This document shows positions 41,256-51,508 of a stretch of DNA of 64,000 bases, piece by piece (position 1 is the first letter of the stretch; every line of letters starts with the position of its first letter). The notes beneath the pieces were generated by a model. That model saw only the letters and a program-made list of their open reading frames with translations. It was not told the origin of the DNA and did no database searches. This DNA comes from a bacterium (lineage in GTDB: Bacteria > Bacteroidota > Bacteroidia > Bacteroidales > FEN-979), in NCBI GenBank assembly GCA_043806735.1, contig JAZDGR010000050.1:280-64279 (forward strand), written 5' to 3'. The translations under genes were made by a program, and so were the position numbers.

Positions 41256-42920
41256 ATGAAAAAAATGAGGAATGCAATCTTAATAGGTTTGTCGTGCATG
41301 CTGTGTTTCCTGTTTGGAACTTGTATCCGTAACGAGGTTAACAGGATAGAGGCCGTTGATGTGAACCACGCGGAAAAACTGATCGGTATGGAATTCAGCC
41401 GGTCAGAAACTGACAGCATGCTGAATCTGCTGAATGACCAGCTGAAAAATTATGAGAACATGCGGAAGGTGAAACTTCCAAACAATGTTCCACCGGCCTT
41501 TGAATTTAATCCTGTCCCTGTTGGAAAACGGTTTGAAACCAGTAAAATACTGCTTGAGATTTCTGATTACAGCGATACAAAACTTCCCGCAGACCCGCAT
41601 GAACTTGCCTTTTATTCCATAGGACAGCTATCCTGGCTGATCCATTCAAAACAGATATCTTCGGAAAAGCTGACGTATTTTTTTGTTGACCGTTTGAAAA
41701 AATACAGCCCGGCGCTGCATTGTGTGGTGACCTTCACCGATTCGCTTGCCATTGAGCAGGCAAAGCAGGCAGATCAGGAGCTCGCGTCAGGAAAGGATCG
41801 TGGACTATTGCACGGGATTCCTTACGGGATCAAGGATATGTTCTATACTCGGAATTACCGGACCACCTTTGGTTCGCCTCCCTTTGAAAACCAGCTGGTG
41901 GATGAAGATGCCACCGTGGTGGAAAAACTGCGCGAAGCGGGAGCAGTCCTTGTTGCAAAGTTGTCGCTGGGAGAACTGGCCATGGATGACGTATGGTTTG
42001 GCGGGAAAACCCGCAATCCCTGGGATACAGCAAAAGGATCAAGCGGAAGTTCGGCCGGTCCTGCCAGTGCTGTTTCTGCCGGACTGGTGCCATTTGCCAT
42101 CGGCTCGGAAACCTGGGGCTCTATCGTTTCACCATCCACCGTCTGCGGTGTCACCGGGCTGCGTCCCACCTACGGCCGTGTAAGCCGGTACGGAGCGATG
42201 GCGCTGAGCTGGACGATGGACAAGATCGGCCCGCTCTGCAGGACGGCCGAAGATTGCGCCGTTGTCCTGGATGCCATCTATGGCCCCGACGGGAAAGACC
42301 AGACAGTATTTGATATTCCTTTCAACTATTCGCATCAAATGGATTTCAGGAACCTAAGGATCGGAGTGCTTTCGCAGGATTTTGATAAGGACACCTCCAT
42401 AAACAAGCCTTTCAATGATGCCGCTCTCCTGCAACTGCAAAACATGGGTGCAACACTGATCCCCGTCGAGCTCCCGGAATTCCCATACATGGATATGTCG
42501 ATCCTGCTCATGTGCGAAGCCGCTTCGGCCTTTGACGACCTGACGCTGTCGGACCGGGACGACCTTATGGTGCAGCAGGCGAGAGATCGCTGGCCAAACC
42601 TTTTCCGTGCCGCTCATTTCATCCCGGCCACTGAATATATCCGGGCAAACCGTCTGCGGTATCTAATAGTACAACAAATGGACAGGTTGATCAGTGAATT
42701 CGATGTACTGGTGGCTCCCTCCCATGCCGGGGACAACCTGCTGGCCACAAATCTGACCGGTCATCCTTCGGTTGTCCTGCCAAATGGGTTCATTGATCCA
42801 AATACCCCGGTAAGCATTGTGTTCATCGGGCAGCTTTTCGGTGAGGGAGACCTGATCGCCATCGCCAAAAAATACCAGGATGCAACCGGGTTTCAAAAAA
42901 AGCATCCCCCTATGTTCTAA
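41256..42920 (+). CDS. Amidase signature family enzyme (exported)
   Basis: LHGIPYGIKD, GSSGSSAGPA, IGSETWGSI, NLTGHP; N-terminal signal peptide. Confidence 0.92.
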   Translation: MKKMRNAILIGLSCMLCFLFGTCIRNEVNRIEAVDVNHAEKLIGMEFSRSETDSMLNLLNDQLKNYENMRKVKLPNNVPPAFEFNPVPVGKRFETSKILLEISDYSDTKLPADPHELAFYSIGQLSWLIHSKQISSEKLTYFFVDRLKKYSPALHCVVTFTDSLAIEQAKQADQELASGKDRGLLHGIPYGIKDMFYTRNYRTTFGSPPFENQLVDEDATVVEKLREAGAVLVAKLSLGELAMDDVWFGGKTRNPWDTAKGSSGSSAGPASAVSAGLVPFAIGSETWGSIVSPSTVCGVTGLRPTYGRVSRYGAMALSWTMDKIGPLCRTAEDCAVVLDAIYGPDGKDQTVFDIPFNYSHQMDFRNLRIGVLSQDFDKDTSINKPFNDAALLQLQNMGATLIPVELPEFPYMDMSILLMCEAASAFDDLTLSDRDDLMVQQARDRWPNLFRAAHFIPATEYIRANRLRYLIVQQMDRLISEFDVLVAPSHAGDNLLATNLTGHPSVVLPNGFIDPNTPVSIVFIGQLFGEGDLIAIAKKYQDATGFQKKHPPMF

Positions 42921-43016
42921 AATGGATGACGTTCTTTTTTAGACTTTTATGAGCCGTATAGCATTTGTGGGTTTGATCCATTTATCTCCTACCTTTAACC
43001 TCTAATTCCCAATAAT

Positions 43017-44953
43017 ATGCGAACGTTCTTGTTCACCTTGCTTTTTCTGGTTGGAGTACAAACAACTTTGGCTCAGAAAGAAGGCAAAGCCCTGATCGAC
43101 TCCCTGTATACGGCTTTGCCCGGAATGAAGGAGGATACCGGCATGGTCAGACTACTGGCAGCGATAAACTTCGAAATGCGCATTGTAAATCCCAGAGAGG
43201 GGTTGAAACCGGGTCTTACCGCCCTGCACTCCTCCGGGAAGCTCAATTATCTATACGGGGAAGGGCTATCTCATTATTCCCTCGGAATCAATTATGCTTA
43301 TATGTCAAGGTTTCCTGAATCCGTAGACCAACTCCTGAAAGCACAGGTGATCTTCGAGAAACTCAAGGATTACAATCTTATCTGTGCAACTTATCTGGGG
43401 CTTGCATTATCATACAGAGATCTTGACTCTACTATTTCCTTTAAGTATCTTCTTAAAGCCAAAGAGATAATGCCTCAAAGCACGGTTAGTGTATGGAAAG
43501 TCAGGAACACTGGTAATATTGGCAACATTTACCGATCACTAAATCATTTGGATTCTGCGGGAAAATACCTGTCTCTCCAATTAAAACTGAGTAAGGATTA
43601 TCATCTGAATTATGAAATGATGCTGGCAAAAAACAGATTTGGATGGCTATATTTGAAACGTAACAACCTGGACTCAGCATTTATATTTCTCAAAACCGGC
43701 TTGGACTATTTCAAGTCCATTGGGGCAAACTACCTGGTTGCAGAGAATAGTGCTATTTTAGGCCATATATTGGTAAGGATTTACCTTGCAGATGGTTCAC
43801 ATAAAAACCAGGTTCTCAGGGAAGCCAAAGTTTATGCTGAGGAAGCACTGCAAGCCGCACAGGAGATCGGAATGATCGAGGTATCCGATGCAAGTGTAGT
43901 GCTATCAGATATATATAAAATAGAAGGGAATAGTGCTAAGGCTCTTGATTATCTTCAGCAGTCATATAAATATAAAGATAGCATCTTAGGACTAAAAATT
44001 GTGAACAAAGCTACTTTTCTCAATTGGAAATATGAACAGGAATTAAAAGACAAACAGGTTGAAGTGCTGGAATTGCGCAACAGACAGCAGTTCACATTGA
44101 TCATTGCAACAGGAATAATTGCTGTGATCCTGGTCATCGTTGTGCTCTTTATCATCAGCAGCCGGAAAAAACTGAAGAAGGCATACAACCTGGTAAACCA
44201 GCAAAAGGATGAAATTACCCGGGTCCTCGGTGAACTCAAACTACAAACCTGAAACTTGAAACCTCGAACCTGAAACTTGAATCTGCCAACCAGGAGCTGG
44301 AAGCTTTTTCCTACTCTGTCTCGCACGACCTGCGCGCCCCGGTGCGGCGGATCGAAGGGCTCTGCACCATGCTCGGGGAGGATTACGAGAAACAACTGGA
44401 TGAGGCAGGCAGGGATCTGTTATCCCGCATCACCGGATCGACGGTCCTGATGAACACACTGATAGAGGATATGCTGAAACTCTCCAGGATCACGCGTCAG
44501 TCGGTCACCAAAGCGCCCTGCGACATCAGTGAAATGGCAGGAAAGATCTGCGAGGATGTAAGACTGACCTACCCGGAAAAAGTAGTGATCTGCAATATCG
44601 AAGAGGGAATGCGTGCGGAGGCCGATTCCAACCTGATGCAGATAGCCCTGCAGAACCTGATCGACAATGCTTTTAAATACAGCTACAAAGCAGAACATCC
44701 GGAAGTCACCATCGGAAGTGAAATGAAAGAGAACAAAAGGGTCATCTTCGTCCGGGACAATGGGGTGGGTTTTGACATGAGTCGGGCAGGAAAGCTCTTC
44801 ACCCCCTTCCAGCGGCTGCACAGCGATGAGGAGTTCAAAGGGAGCGGGATCGGGCTTGCAACGGTCAAACGGATTATCGTCAAACATGGAGGCAGCATTC
44901 ATGCTGAAAGCGAGCCCGGGAAGGGGACGACCTTCTTTTTTACGTTTGAATAA
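43017..44953 (+). pseudogene. TPR-sensor histidine kinase, frameshifted inside a heptamer array
   Basis: Signal, TPR and TM regions in the first frame (stop 44250-44252). ESANQELEAFSYSVSHDLRAP HisKA and NLIDNAFKY/DNGVGF/GIGLA HATPase follow in another frame. Confidence 0.85.
44233..44280. repeat. AAC(C/T)NNN heptamer array (one 6-nt and six 7-nt units)
   Basis: aactca aactaca aacctga aacttga aacctcg aacctga aacttga. Confidence 0.9.
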
Positions 44954-45258
44954 GTCGTCTGGTGCGATATTGATCGATGATCCGTCAGGATCATCCGTTA
45001 ATCCGCAGAGGGTATCAGTGAACCGGTAATGCCTTTCGATGTCATTTTCATCACGGCATTTAACCATGCTGTCATGACCAAACTGTCACGATAGTCATCA
45101 GGCTGGCATCAGAAATCGCCAGGATCACCAGGGAGTTAGTCTGCATCGACTAACCGGATGGGATAAAGGTAATCACAGAAAATTCTTGCTGCGAAGATGA
45201 ACTTCATTACTTTTGTACAGAAGGATTGTTCCTGTGCATGAAAGATTAAACCTTGCCG

Positions 45259-46938
45259 ATGCAGTTGTTTAACAAAGATTACCGGGCCTTAGGCTACTTA
45301 TGGAAATATATCAGGCCGTTCAAGGAACGATTTCTTTTCCTGAATATCCTGTCCCCCGTTTACTCTGCCCTGGGTGGGGCATCCTTTCTCTTTATCAAGA
45401 GATTACTGGACGATGGATTTCTGGTCAACAATTCCCAGGAAATCGGGAACACCATCCTGATCCTTTTTGGGATTTTCTTTGCCCAGACGTTGATTGATCT
45501 TCTGCAGACCTACCTGCACAACAAAACCACCAACACCATAATGATCGATATCAAAGACAGGTTGTACAATGCCGTTATATCCAATTACAGGGCCATCCGT
45601 ACCAGGCAACAGGCCGGCGAGATCCTTTCGAGGTTTTATATCGACACCAGCAATTTCATCACGCTAATAAATATCCTTTCCTTAGAGCTGATCAAACAGC
45701 TGTTTACCCTGGTGTCCATCATGGCAGTACTCTTCTACCTGAACTGGAAATTCGCCCTGATCCTGTTCCTGGCCTATCCTCTGTTTATCCTCCCATTGAT
45801 AAAACTCGGTCACTGGCTCCGGAATCTCAGTCAGCATTACCTGCACGCCTACGGCAAATCAAACAGTATACTCTACGAATCGTTGTATGGATACCTTATC
45901 ATCAAGACCTATAACCTGATTGCTCATTTCAAGGATAAATACAAGACGAACAATGAGAAGCTGGCCAACAATTTGCTCAGGTCCACCATGATCTCGAAAC
46001 TGGTAGGACCGATCAATGACCTGGCCTCTTTTGTGGGACTGGCCCTGATTCTTTATTTCAGCATTGTACAGGTACAATCAGGAGCCCTCACGGTTGGCAG
46101 TCTGGTGGCATTTCTTGTAGCATTGATGAAGTTCTATCAGCCTGCCAAAACCCTCTTTAATCTTTATAATTCCATCCAATCCGCGTTCCCCGGATACCTC
46201 AGGATGAAGAGCGTGCTGGAATCTCATGAAGATACAACAAGGCATGAAGAAATCCAGAAAGTATCTTTCAAGGAGTGCCTGGAACTCAAACATGTCACGT
46301 TCTCCTATGACAATCAGAAAAGGATCCTCGATGACGTAAGCCTGAGGGTCAATAAAGGGGCAAAAGTGGCTATTATCGGGCGAACGGGCGCCGGGAAGTC
46401 TACGCTGATCAGTCTGCTGCTTGGCCTGATTCAACCCGGGAAAGGAACTATTCTCATCGACGGCAGGAGCTATCAGGAGTTGAACCGGGAAAGCGTATTC
46501 AGCCTGTTTTCCTATATCTCGCAGGAACCTATTCTGTTCAATGATTCGATCAGGTATAACATTCAGCTGGGGAAACTGGAGAGTTCAGGGGATGAACTCA
46601 TTGAGGCCAGCAAAAAAGCACAGTTGCACTCCTTTGTAACGAATATTCAGGATGGATACGATACGATCGTGGGCGACAGGGGGGATATGTTATCGGGCGG
46701 GGAAAGACAACGGATAACCATTGCCAGGGCTTTGCTGAGAAATGCGCCAATCATCATTTTTGACGAAGCCACCTCCTCGCTGGATTATGAAACCGAATCG
46801 GATATTAAAAAGGAGGTTTTCAGGTTATCCGCCGACAAAACACTCATCATAATTACCCATCGGCTTACCACCCTCAAGGGAGTGGATAAAGTATACAATA
46901 TCCAGGATGGTAAACTGGTGGAATCAAACTGGGAATAG
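45259..46938 (+). CDS. ABC exporter, fused TMD-NBD (RiPP cluster)
   Basis: TM domain; GRTGAGKST, LSGGERQR, IIFDEATS. No C39 peptidase domain visible. TACTTTTG -7 box at 45208-45215. Confidence 0.93.
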   Translation: MQLFNKDYRALGYLWKYIRPFKERFLFLNILSPVYSALGGASFLFIKRLLDDGFLVNNSQEIGNTILILFGIFFAQTLIDLLQTYLHNKTTNTIMIDIKDRLYNAVISNYRAIRTRQQAGEILSRFYIDTSNFITLINILSLELIKQLFTLVSIMAVLFYLNWKFALILFLAYPLFILPLIKLGHWLRNLSQHYLHAYGKSNSILYESLYGYLIIKTYNLIAHFKDKYKTNNEKLANNLLRSTMISKLVGPINDLASFVGLALILYFSIVQVQSGALTVGSLVAFLVALMKFYQPAKTLFNLYNSIQSAFPGYLRMKSVLESHEDTTRHEEIQKVSFKECLELKHVTFSYDNQKRILDDVSLRVNKGAKVAIIGRTGAGKSTLISLLLGLIQPGKGTILIDGRSYQELNRESVFSLFSYISQEPILFNDSIRYNIQLGKLESSGDELIEASKKAQLHSFVTNIQDGYDTIVGDRGDMLSGGERQRITIARALLRNAPIIIFDEATSSLDYETESDIKKEVFRLSADKTLIIITHRLTTLKGVDKVYNIQDGKLVESNWE

Positions 46939-46946
46939 GTAAATCC

Positions 46947-47486
46947 ATGCCGATAGATTATACCACGGAGATGATCCTGGCGCTTGACATCCTGAATGCC
47001 AACGGATATTTATGGACACGCGTCAAGGCAAATAACTCGGCTCCCCTGATCAACGAAGGGGATATGATCTGCCTGAAGAAAAGCGGGTATGCATTGAAAA
47101 AGGGGGATCTTGTAGCGCTGGATTACCAAAAGCTATTCATCGTTCAGCGAATTGTCAAACTCAGCGGGGAAACCATTTACACCAAGGCAGATCATTCGGA
47201 AAAAGGCCCGTTCATGCAACCGATCGGGATCGTTGCAGGAAAAGTGGTGCTTATAAAAAAAACACAGGATCTCCTGAATATTGATAACCGGCTCTGCGAC
47301 CGGATTCACCTCCTCATCACACGATATTCAGTAGGACGTAGCGAAACCTACATAAATACAGGATTTTTCTATCGTAAATTTTTTCATAAACTGAGAAGAT
47401 CCATCCTGAAACGTCTATTGAAACTGGAAATCATTATAGGTAGAAAATATGCGAAGAACGTTGATCCGGGATTACAAATCCCTTGA
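46947..47486 (+). CDS. S24/S26 peptidase-like protein with degenerate catalytic motifs
   Basis: RVKANNSAPLINEGD...IVQRIV...YTKAD aligns with the GxSMxP..GD / HR / TKGD pattern but lacks the SM and HR residues. Confidence 0.65.
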   Translation: MPIDYTTEMILALDILNANGYLWTRVKANNSAPLINEGDMICLKKSGYALKKGDLVALDYQKLFIVQRIVKLSGETIYTKADHSEKGPFMQPIGIVAGKVVLIKKTQDLLNIDNRLCDRIHLLITRYSVGRSETYINTGFFYRKFFHKLRRSILKRLLKLEIIIGRKYAKNVDPGLQIP

Positions 47487-48687
47487 ATTTCAGCGTCTGA
47501 ATAAGGTACTCGGGTTGCTTACCCATTACCGGGAAGGGGAACTCAGAGAGCATATACCGTTTATCCGCAGACTGGAGATCAGCCAGTATTACCTGGCATT
47601 GCTGGAGAAACAGCTTGCTACCGAGCCTGAAGTAGTTGCGCAACTGGTCAAGCACAAAAAGGAGACCCTGTTCAATAATCTCTATTACCTTAATCATGCC
47701 GCCCGGCTACTTTCCCGGTTGAAAGAAAGAAAAATCGATTGCATCGTGTTGAAAGGCCTTTCTTTTATCAATCATCTTTATGAAGACATAGGTTTACGGC
47801 CATTTGGCGACCTGGATCTTCTCATTCACCGGGAAGATGTAAGAGGTTTTCTTGAAGTGATGGAACAGGAAGGGTTCAACCTTAAATGTGAAGTGAAAGA
47901 TTCTGACAATACGGATGATTTCGACATGTACAATGCGGAAACAAAGGTGAAGATTGACATTTTAACAACATTAAACGGAGGGTTCTATTTCAGTCGTTAT
48001 TACAACCTGGATACCTCGCAGATCTGGGAGCGGAAAAAACTAGTGAAAATTCAGGACACGGAAACCTACCGGTTAAGTGAAGAAGACGAGCTATTGTATT
48101 CCATCGTTCACCTTGCTTTTCATCTTAATTTTCATGTCGAAATCAAATGGCTTTTTGATCTCCGGTATTTCCTGGAAAAATACAAGAAAACGCTGGATAC
48201 GGGGTACATCATCGAACAGGTCAGAAAAGCGGGACTTACACACGTCATCTTTGCCGTCACAGAGATCATGTATTGGATATTTCAAAAGGATTATTCTGCC
48301 GTTTTTGGGATTGTTAAGCCCCGTTTTTATCTTTTTGATAAAACCTGGCTCAGGTTTTATGCCTTCCCTCCCCGGCTGTTCGGGATCTGCCTGGAATTTC
48401 CCGGAGTCATAAACAGAATGGCGATCACCTTTATGAAATATTCCCTGATTTCCATACCGAAAAAGAAATGGAAATTTATTACCGACCGGGTTTTTCCTGA
48501 TTTTGACCGGATTACCTTTGCCTATACGCAGCGGTTCAGGATCCCCCTGAAACTCTATTTCCCAATGATACGCATGCTATTCCTGCTGTTATCGCCTGTT
48601 TTCCTGACCTGTCTCTTCGTGATCTTCCTGGGTTCGACAGTCATTGTGAAGATCATTCTGTTAAAGCAGACTTTTTTGTATGAATGA
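47449..48687 (+). CDS. Nucleotidyltransferase family protein (NTP_transf_5-like)
   Basis: IVLKG...Y...LRPFGDLDLLI motif, HLAFH...WLFDL. Confidence 0.85.
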   Translation: MRRTLIRDYKSLEFQRLNKVLGLLTHYREGELREHIPFIRRLEISQYYLALLEKQLATEPEVVAQLVKHKKETLFNNLYYLNHAARLLSRLKERKIDCIVLKGLSFINHLYEDIGLRPFGDLDLLIHREDVRGFLEVMEQEGFNLKCEVKDSDNTDDFDMYNAETKVKIDILTTLNGGFYFSRYYNLDTSQIWERKKLVKIQDTETYRLSEEDELLYSIVHLAFHLNFHVEIKWLFDLRYFLEKYKKTLDTGYIIEQVRKAGLTHVIFAVTEIMYWIFQKDYSAVFGIVKPRFYLFDKTWLRFYAFPPRLFGICLEFPGVINRMAITFMKYSLISIPKKKWKFITDRVFPDFDRITFAYTQRFRIPLKLYFPMIRMLFLLLSPVFLTCLFVIFLGSTVIVKIILLKQTFLYE

Positions 48688-49189
48688 CCTTTACGAAGTC
48701 AAGCTGGAACTGGTCGCGAACCAATTACTTTCAGGTCAAACCGTGAAAGTCAGGGCCAGCGGCCACAGCATGACCCCTTTTATCCATGATGGGGATCTAC
48801 TTACCCTGCACAGGGTAAGGACGGCTAACTTACAGCCGGGTGAAATTGTCGCATTCATCCGGAACGGGCTCCTTTTTATTCACCGGATCATTGAAGTCAG
48901 CATGACGGATGAAATGGTTTTGACAAAAGGAGACAACCTGTTGATCTCTGATAAATTATTAAAACCGGAAGAGGTCCTGGGCAGCGTGATCGACATCAAT
49001 GATATATCTGTGACAACCAGGAGGATCATGCATCACCTCTTTTTTCAATTATACCGGTTTTGTTTGCTGGCCGGGAATGTTAAAAACGCTTATGAGAACC
49101 ATAGGATTGTTCAACTATCCATGGATTCTCAAAGGTTCAGGATGTGTTCGGTCATCCTCCGGGTTTACAGGTTTTTCGTTTTTCTGTAA
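48680..49189 (+). CDS. S24/S26-family peptidase (signal peptidase I-like, Ser/His dyad)
   Basis: ASGHSMTPFIHDGD, FIHRII, LTKGDN. Confidence 0.85.
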   Translation: MNDLYEVKLELVANQLLSGQTVKVRASGHSMTPFIHDGDLLTLHRVRTANLQPGEIVAFIRNGLLFIHRIIEVSMTDEMVLTKGDNLLISDKLLKPEEVLGSVIDINDISVTTRRIMHHLFFQLYRFCLLAGNVKNAYENHRIVQLSMDSQRFRMCSVILRVYRFFVFL

Positions 49190-49213
49190 TTTGTTTTTCT
49201 TATTTTTGACGGC

Positions 49214-50101
49214 ATGAACACTATTGACCAACCTCTGTTAGAGAACTATTTTCACGGAGTAAGTGATCTTGGACACGATCGCTTTAATCTCAGGATCGGC
49301 GGAATCGGCCTTTCGGTGAATGCGGTAAAAGATCCCCTGTTTGAAGCAGCGGTATCCAAGTACGAAGAGTTCCTCACACCGGAAAAATTCCCGGAAGCCG
49401 TTCATTTTTATTATGTACAAACGCTTCCTCAGCCGGAAGCCATCACGAAGACGTTCGACACTTACAAAGAACTCTTTACAACATCTTTGAACCGCCATTT
49501 GTACATCTATCGCTGGGACTTCATAGGAATCATTGAACTTGCCGCCCGGACCGGGAAATTCATCTTATTCAACCCCGCCTTTATGACCTATGAATCCATC
49601 ATACGGATTTTTTATTCCCTGCTGACCGTAGAGAACCACGGATTTTTGCTTCATGCCTCCTCCCTGATTCATAAAGAGAAAGGTTATTCTTTTTTTGGCC
49701 TATCCGGCAGCGGAAAATCCACGGTGGTGAAGCTTTCGGAGTCGGATGAATGCCTGACCGACGAACTCACGATGATCAAAAAGGATCAAGGCAGATATAT
49801 TACTGCAGGGACTCCTTTTCATGGAGAGATTCCTCTTTACATAAACAAGACGGCAGCGCTGGCCAATATGTTTTTGTTAAAGAAATCCGAAACAACCCAC
49901 TTCCGTAAAATGAGCCGGTCAGAGATTTATCCGATCCTGCTGAGAAACGTCTTGTTTTTCAGCGATGACTGGGAACTAAGGCAAAAGATATTCACCACCA
50001 TTATCGACCTGGCTGACCGGGTAGCTATTTACGAAATGAATTTTGAAAAAAACGAAAAATTCTGGAGGATCATTGATCATGGATTTAAAGACGAAGATTA
50101 A
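49214..50101 (+). CDS. HPr kinase-related P-loop kinase
   Basis: LLHASSL...FFGLSGSGKST...LTDE...GTPFHG. Confidence 0.8.
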   Translation: MNTIDQPLLENYFHGVSDLGHDRFNLRIGGIGLSVNAVKDPLFEAAVSKYEEFLTPEKFPEAVHFYYVQTLPQPEAITKTFDTYKELFTTSLNRHLYIYRWDFIGIIELAARTGKFILFNPAFMTYESIIRIFYSLLTVENHGFLLHASSLIHKEKGYSFFGLSGSGKSTVVKLSESDECLTDELTMIKKDQGRYITAGTPFHGEIPLYINKTAALANMFLLKKSETTHFRKMSRSEIYPILLRNVLFFSDDWELRQKIFTTIIDLADRVAIYEMNFEKNEKFWRIIDHGFKDED

Positions 50102-50357
50102 GCGCAACGCGAACAGTTCGTTTCAAATTGCCGATGGCAAAGCGGTCGTCATGCTGGCGGTGAATTCAAACATTTTCACCCTGAATGAAATCGGGACCTT
50201 ACTATGGGAACTGCTGGACACACCAAAAACCATTGAAGAGCTGGTGTCGGGCGCTCAGAAAAAATTCCCGGAAGATAATCAGGGAACCATCCGGCAGGAA
50301 ATCCTCGAATTTATCAAAGAATGTTTAACGGAACAATTACTGGTTCAAGGGGATTGA
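50079..50357 (+). CDS. PqqD-family RiPP recognition element (stand-alone)
   Basis: 92 aa; FTLNEIGTLLWELLD...TIEELV...ILEFIKEC...LL winged-helix pattern; GGAGG upstream of ATG 50079. Confidence 0.88.
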   Translation: MDLKTKIKRNANSSFQIADGKAVVMLAVNSNIFTLNEIGTLLWELLDTPKTIEELVSGAQKKFPEDNQGTIRQEILEFIKECLTEQLLVQGD

Positions 50358-50358
50358 C

Positions 50359-51420
50359 GTGCCAAATTTCGAGAACACCGAATCCTACCGGTTCCTGAAA
50401 AAACATGCCGTTAAACACCTTATTCCCCTGACGGCCTTGCTTGAGCTCACCTATCAATGCAACCTGGATTGCAGCTGTTGCTATAATGTCAGAAACGAAC
50501 GACCGCTGCTGACCTTGCAGGAATATGACCTGTTGTTTTCCGACCTGAGGAAGGAAGGAACCTTTATTTTTACATTAAGTGGCGGCGAACCCTTTATGCG
50601 GAAGGATTTTTTCGACATCCTGGATCTGGTCAGGAAACATGGTTTTGGTTTCCGGATTTTCACCAACGGCACCTTACTGAATGAAGAAAAGATGATCCGG
50701 TTAAAGAATTATCCATTACTCGGAATGGAAATGAGCCTTTGGGGATCCAATCCTGAAATCAATGACAAACTGATGGGCAAACCCGGCACCTTTCACCGGA
50801 TCATCGAAACAGCGAAGGGATTAAAAAAACACGGGATTCCGTTCACCATCAAGACGACCGTTTGTGCCGGGAATTATTCCGATTTCGGCAACATTAAACT
50901 GCTGGTTGAAAGTCTGGGAGCCGAGTTCCGCTATTCTCCCTGGCTGACGATGAGGCTGGACGGCGATCGTTCCAATATGAATTTCCGGCTGAATGAACCC
51001 CAGGCAAGAGCGTTCTATACCATTCATGATAAGGCCTATGCCGACCAGGATCCTGTGGCTCAGCGAAAAAAGAATCTGAGCAAATCCACTACTAAAAACT
51101 TCAAGGGATATATGTGCCTTGCCGGGATATCTACTTTTGCACTCAATCCGTTCGGCGATGTATTTCCTTGTATCGATATCCCTGTCAGGGCAGGAAATGT
51201 CAGGGAAACCAACTTCCGGGAGATATGGAAGGAAGCCGCTGTCATGAAAAAATTAAGGAGACTCCGGGTGACCGATGCCAGGGATTGTATGGAATGTAGT
51301 CTCAAGCCCTCTTGTGCAAGATGTCCGGGTATTGCGTTGGTGGAAACGGGCAAACTGACAAACCCGTTCTCTTACGCCTGCCTTTTAGCAAAAATCGAAC
51401 AGGACATTCAAAATTGTTAA
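50359..51420 (+). CDS. Radical SAM/SPASM peptide-modifying enzyme
   Basis: ELTYQCNLDCSCCY (CxxxCxxC), SGGEP, FTNG; SPASM CLAG...GDVFPC...GN...CMEC...SCARCPG...AC. Confidence 0.93.
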   Translation: MPNFENTESYRFLKKHAVKHLIPLTALLELTYQCNLDCSCCYNVRNERPLLTLQEYDLLFSDLRKEGTFIFTLSGGEPFMRKDFFDILDLVRKHGFGFRIFTNGTLLNEEKMIRLKNYPLLGMEMSLWGSNPEINDKLMGKPGTFHRIIETAKGLKKHGIPFTIKTTVCAGNYSDFGNIKLLVESLGAEFRYSPWLTMRLDGDRSNMNFRLNEPQARAFYTIHDKAYADQDPVAQRKKNLSKSTTKNFKGYMCLAGISTFALNPFGDVFPCIDIPVRAGNVRETNFREIWKEAAVMKKLRRLRVTDARDCMECSLKPSCARCPGIALVETGKLTNPFSYACLLAKIEQDIQNC

Positions 51421-51427
51421 AAAAAAA

Positions 51428-51459
51428 TTTGCATTTTGATTTGCAGTTATTTACTTTTA
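51428..51459 (+). promoter_or_regulatory. Putative promoter for the precursor peptide gene
   Basis: TTTG (51428-51431), 20-nt spacer, TACTTTTA (51452-51459; one mismatch to TAnnTTTG). Confidence 0.5.
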
Positions 51460-51508
51460 CCAAAATTTTTTTGTTTTCAACTATTGTTTCACTAACAAAA
51501 GGATTCCT

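Noticed and set aside
44954..45200. Possible ncRNA or second precursor upstream of the ABC exporter
   Set aside because: No convincing short ORF with a leader motif or recognisable RNA family seen by eye; a covariance search would be needed to exclude it.
50079..51420. PQQ biosynthesis (pqqDE)
   Set aside because: No pqqB or pqqC, and the peptide lacks the PqqA ExxxY core motif.
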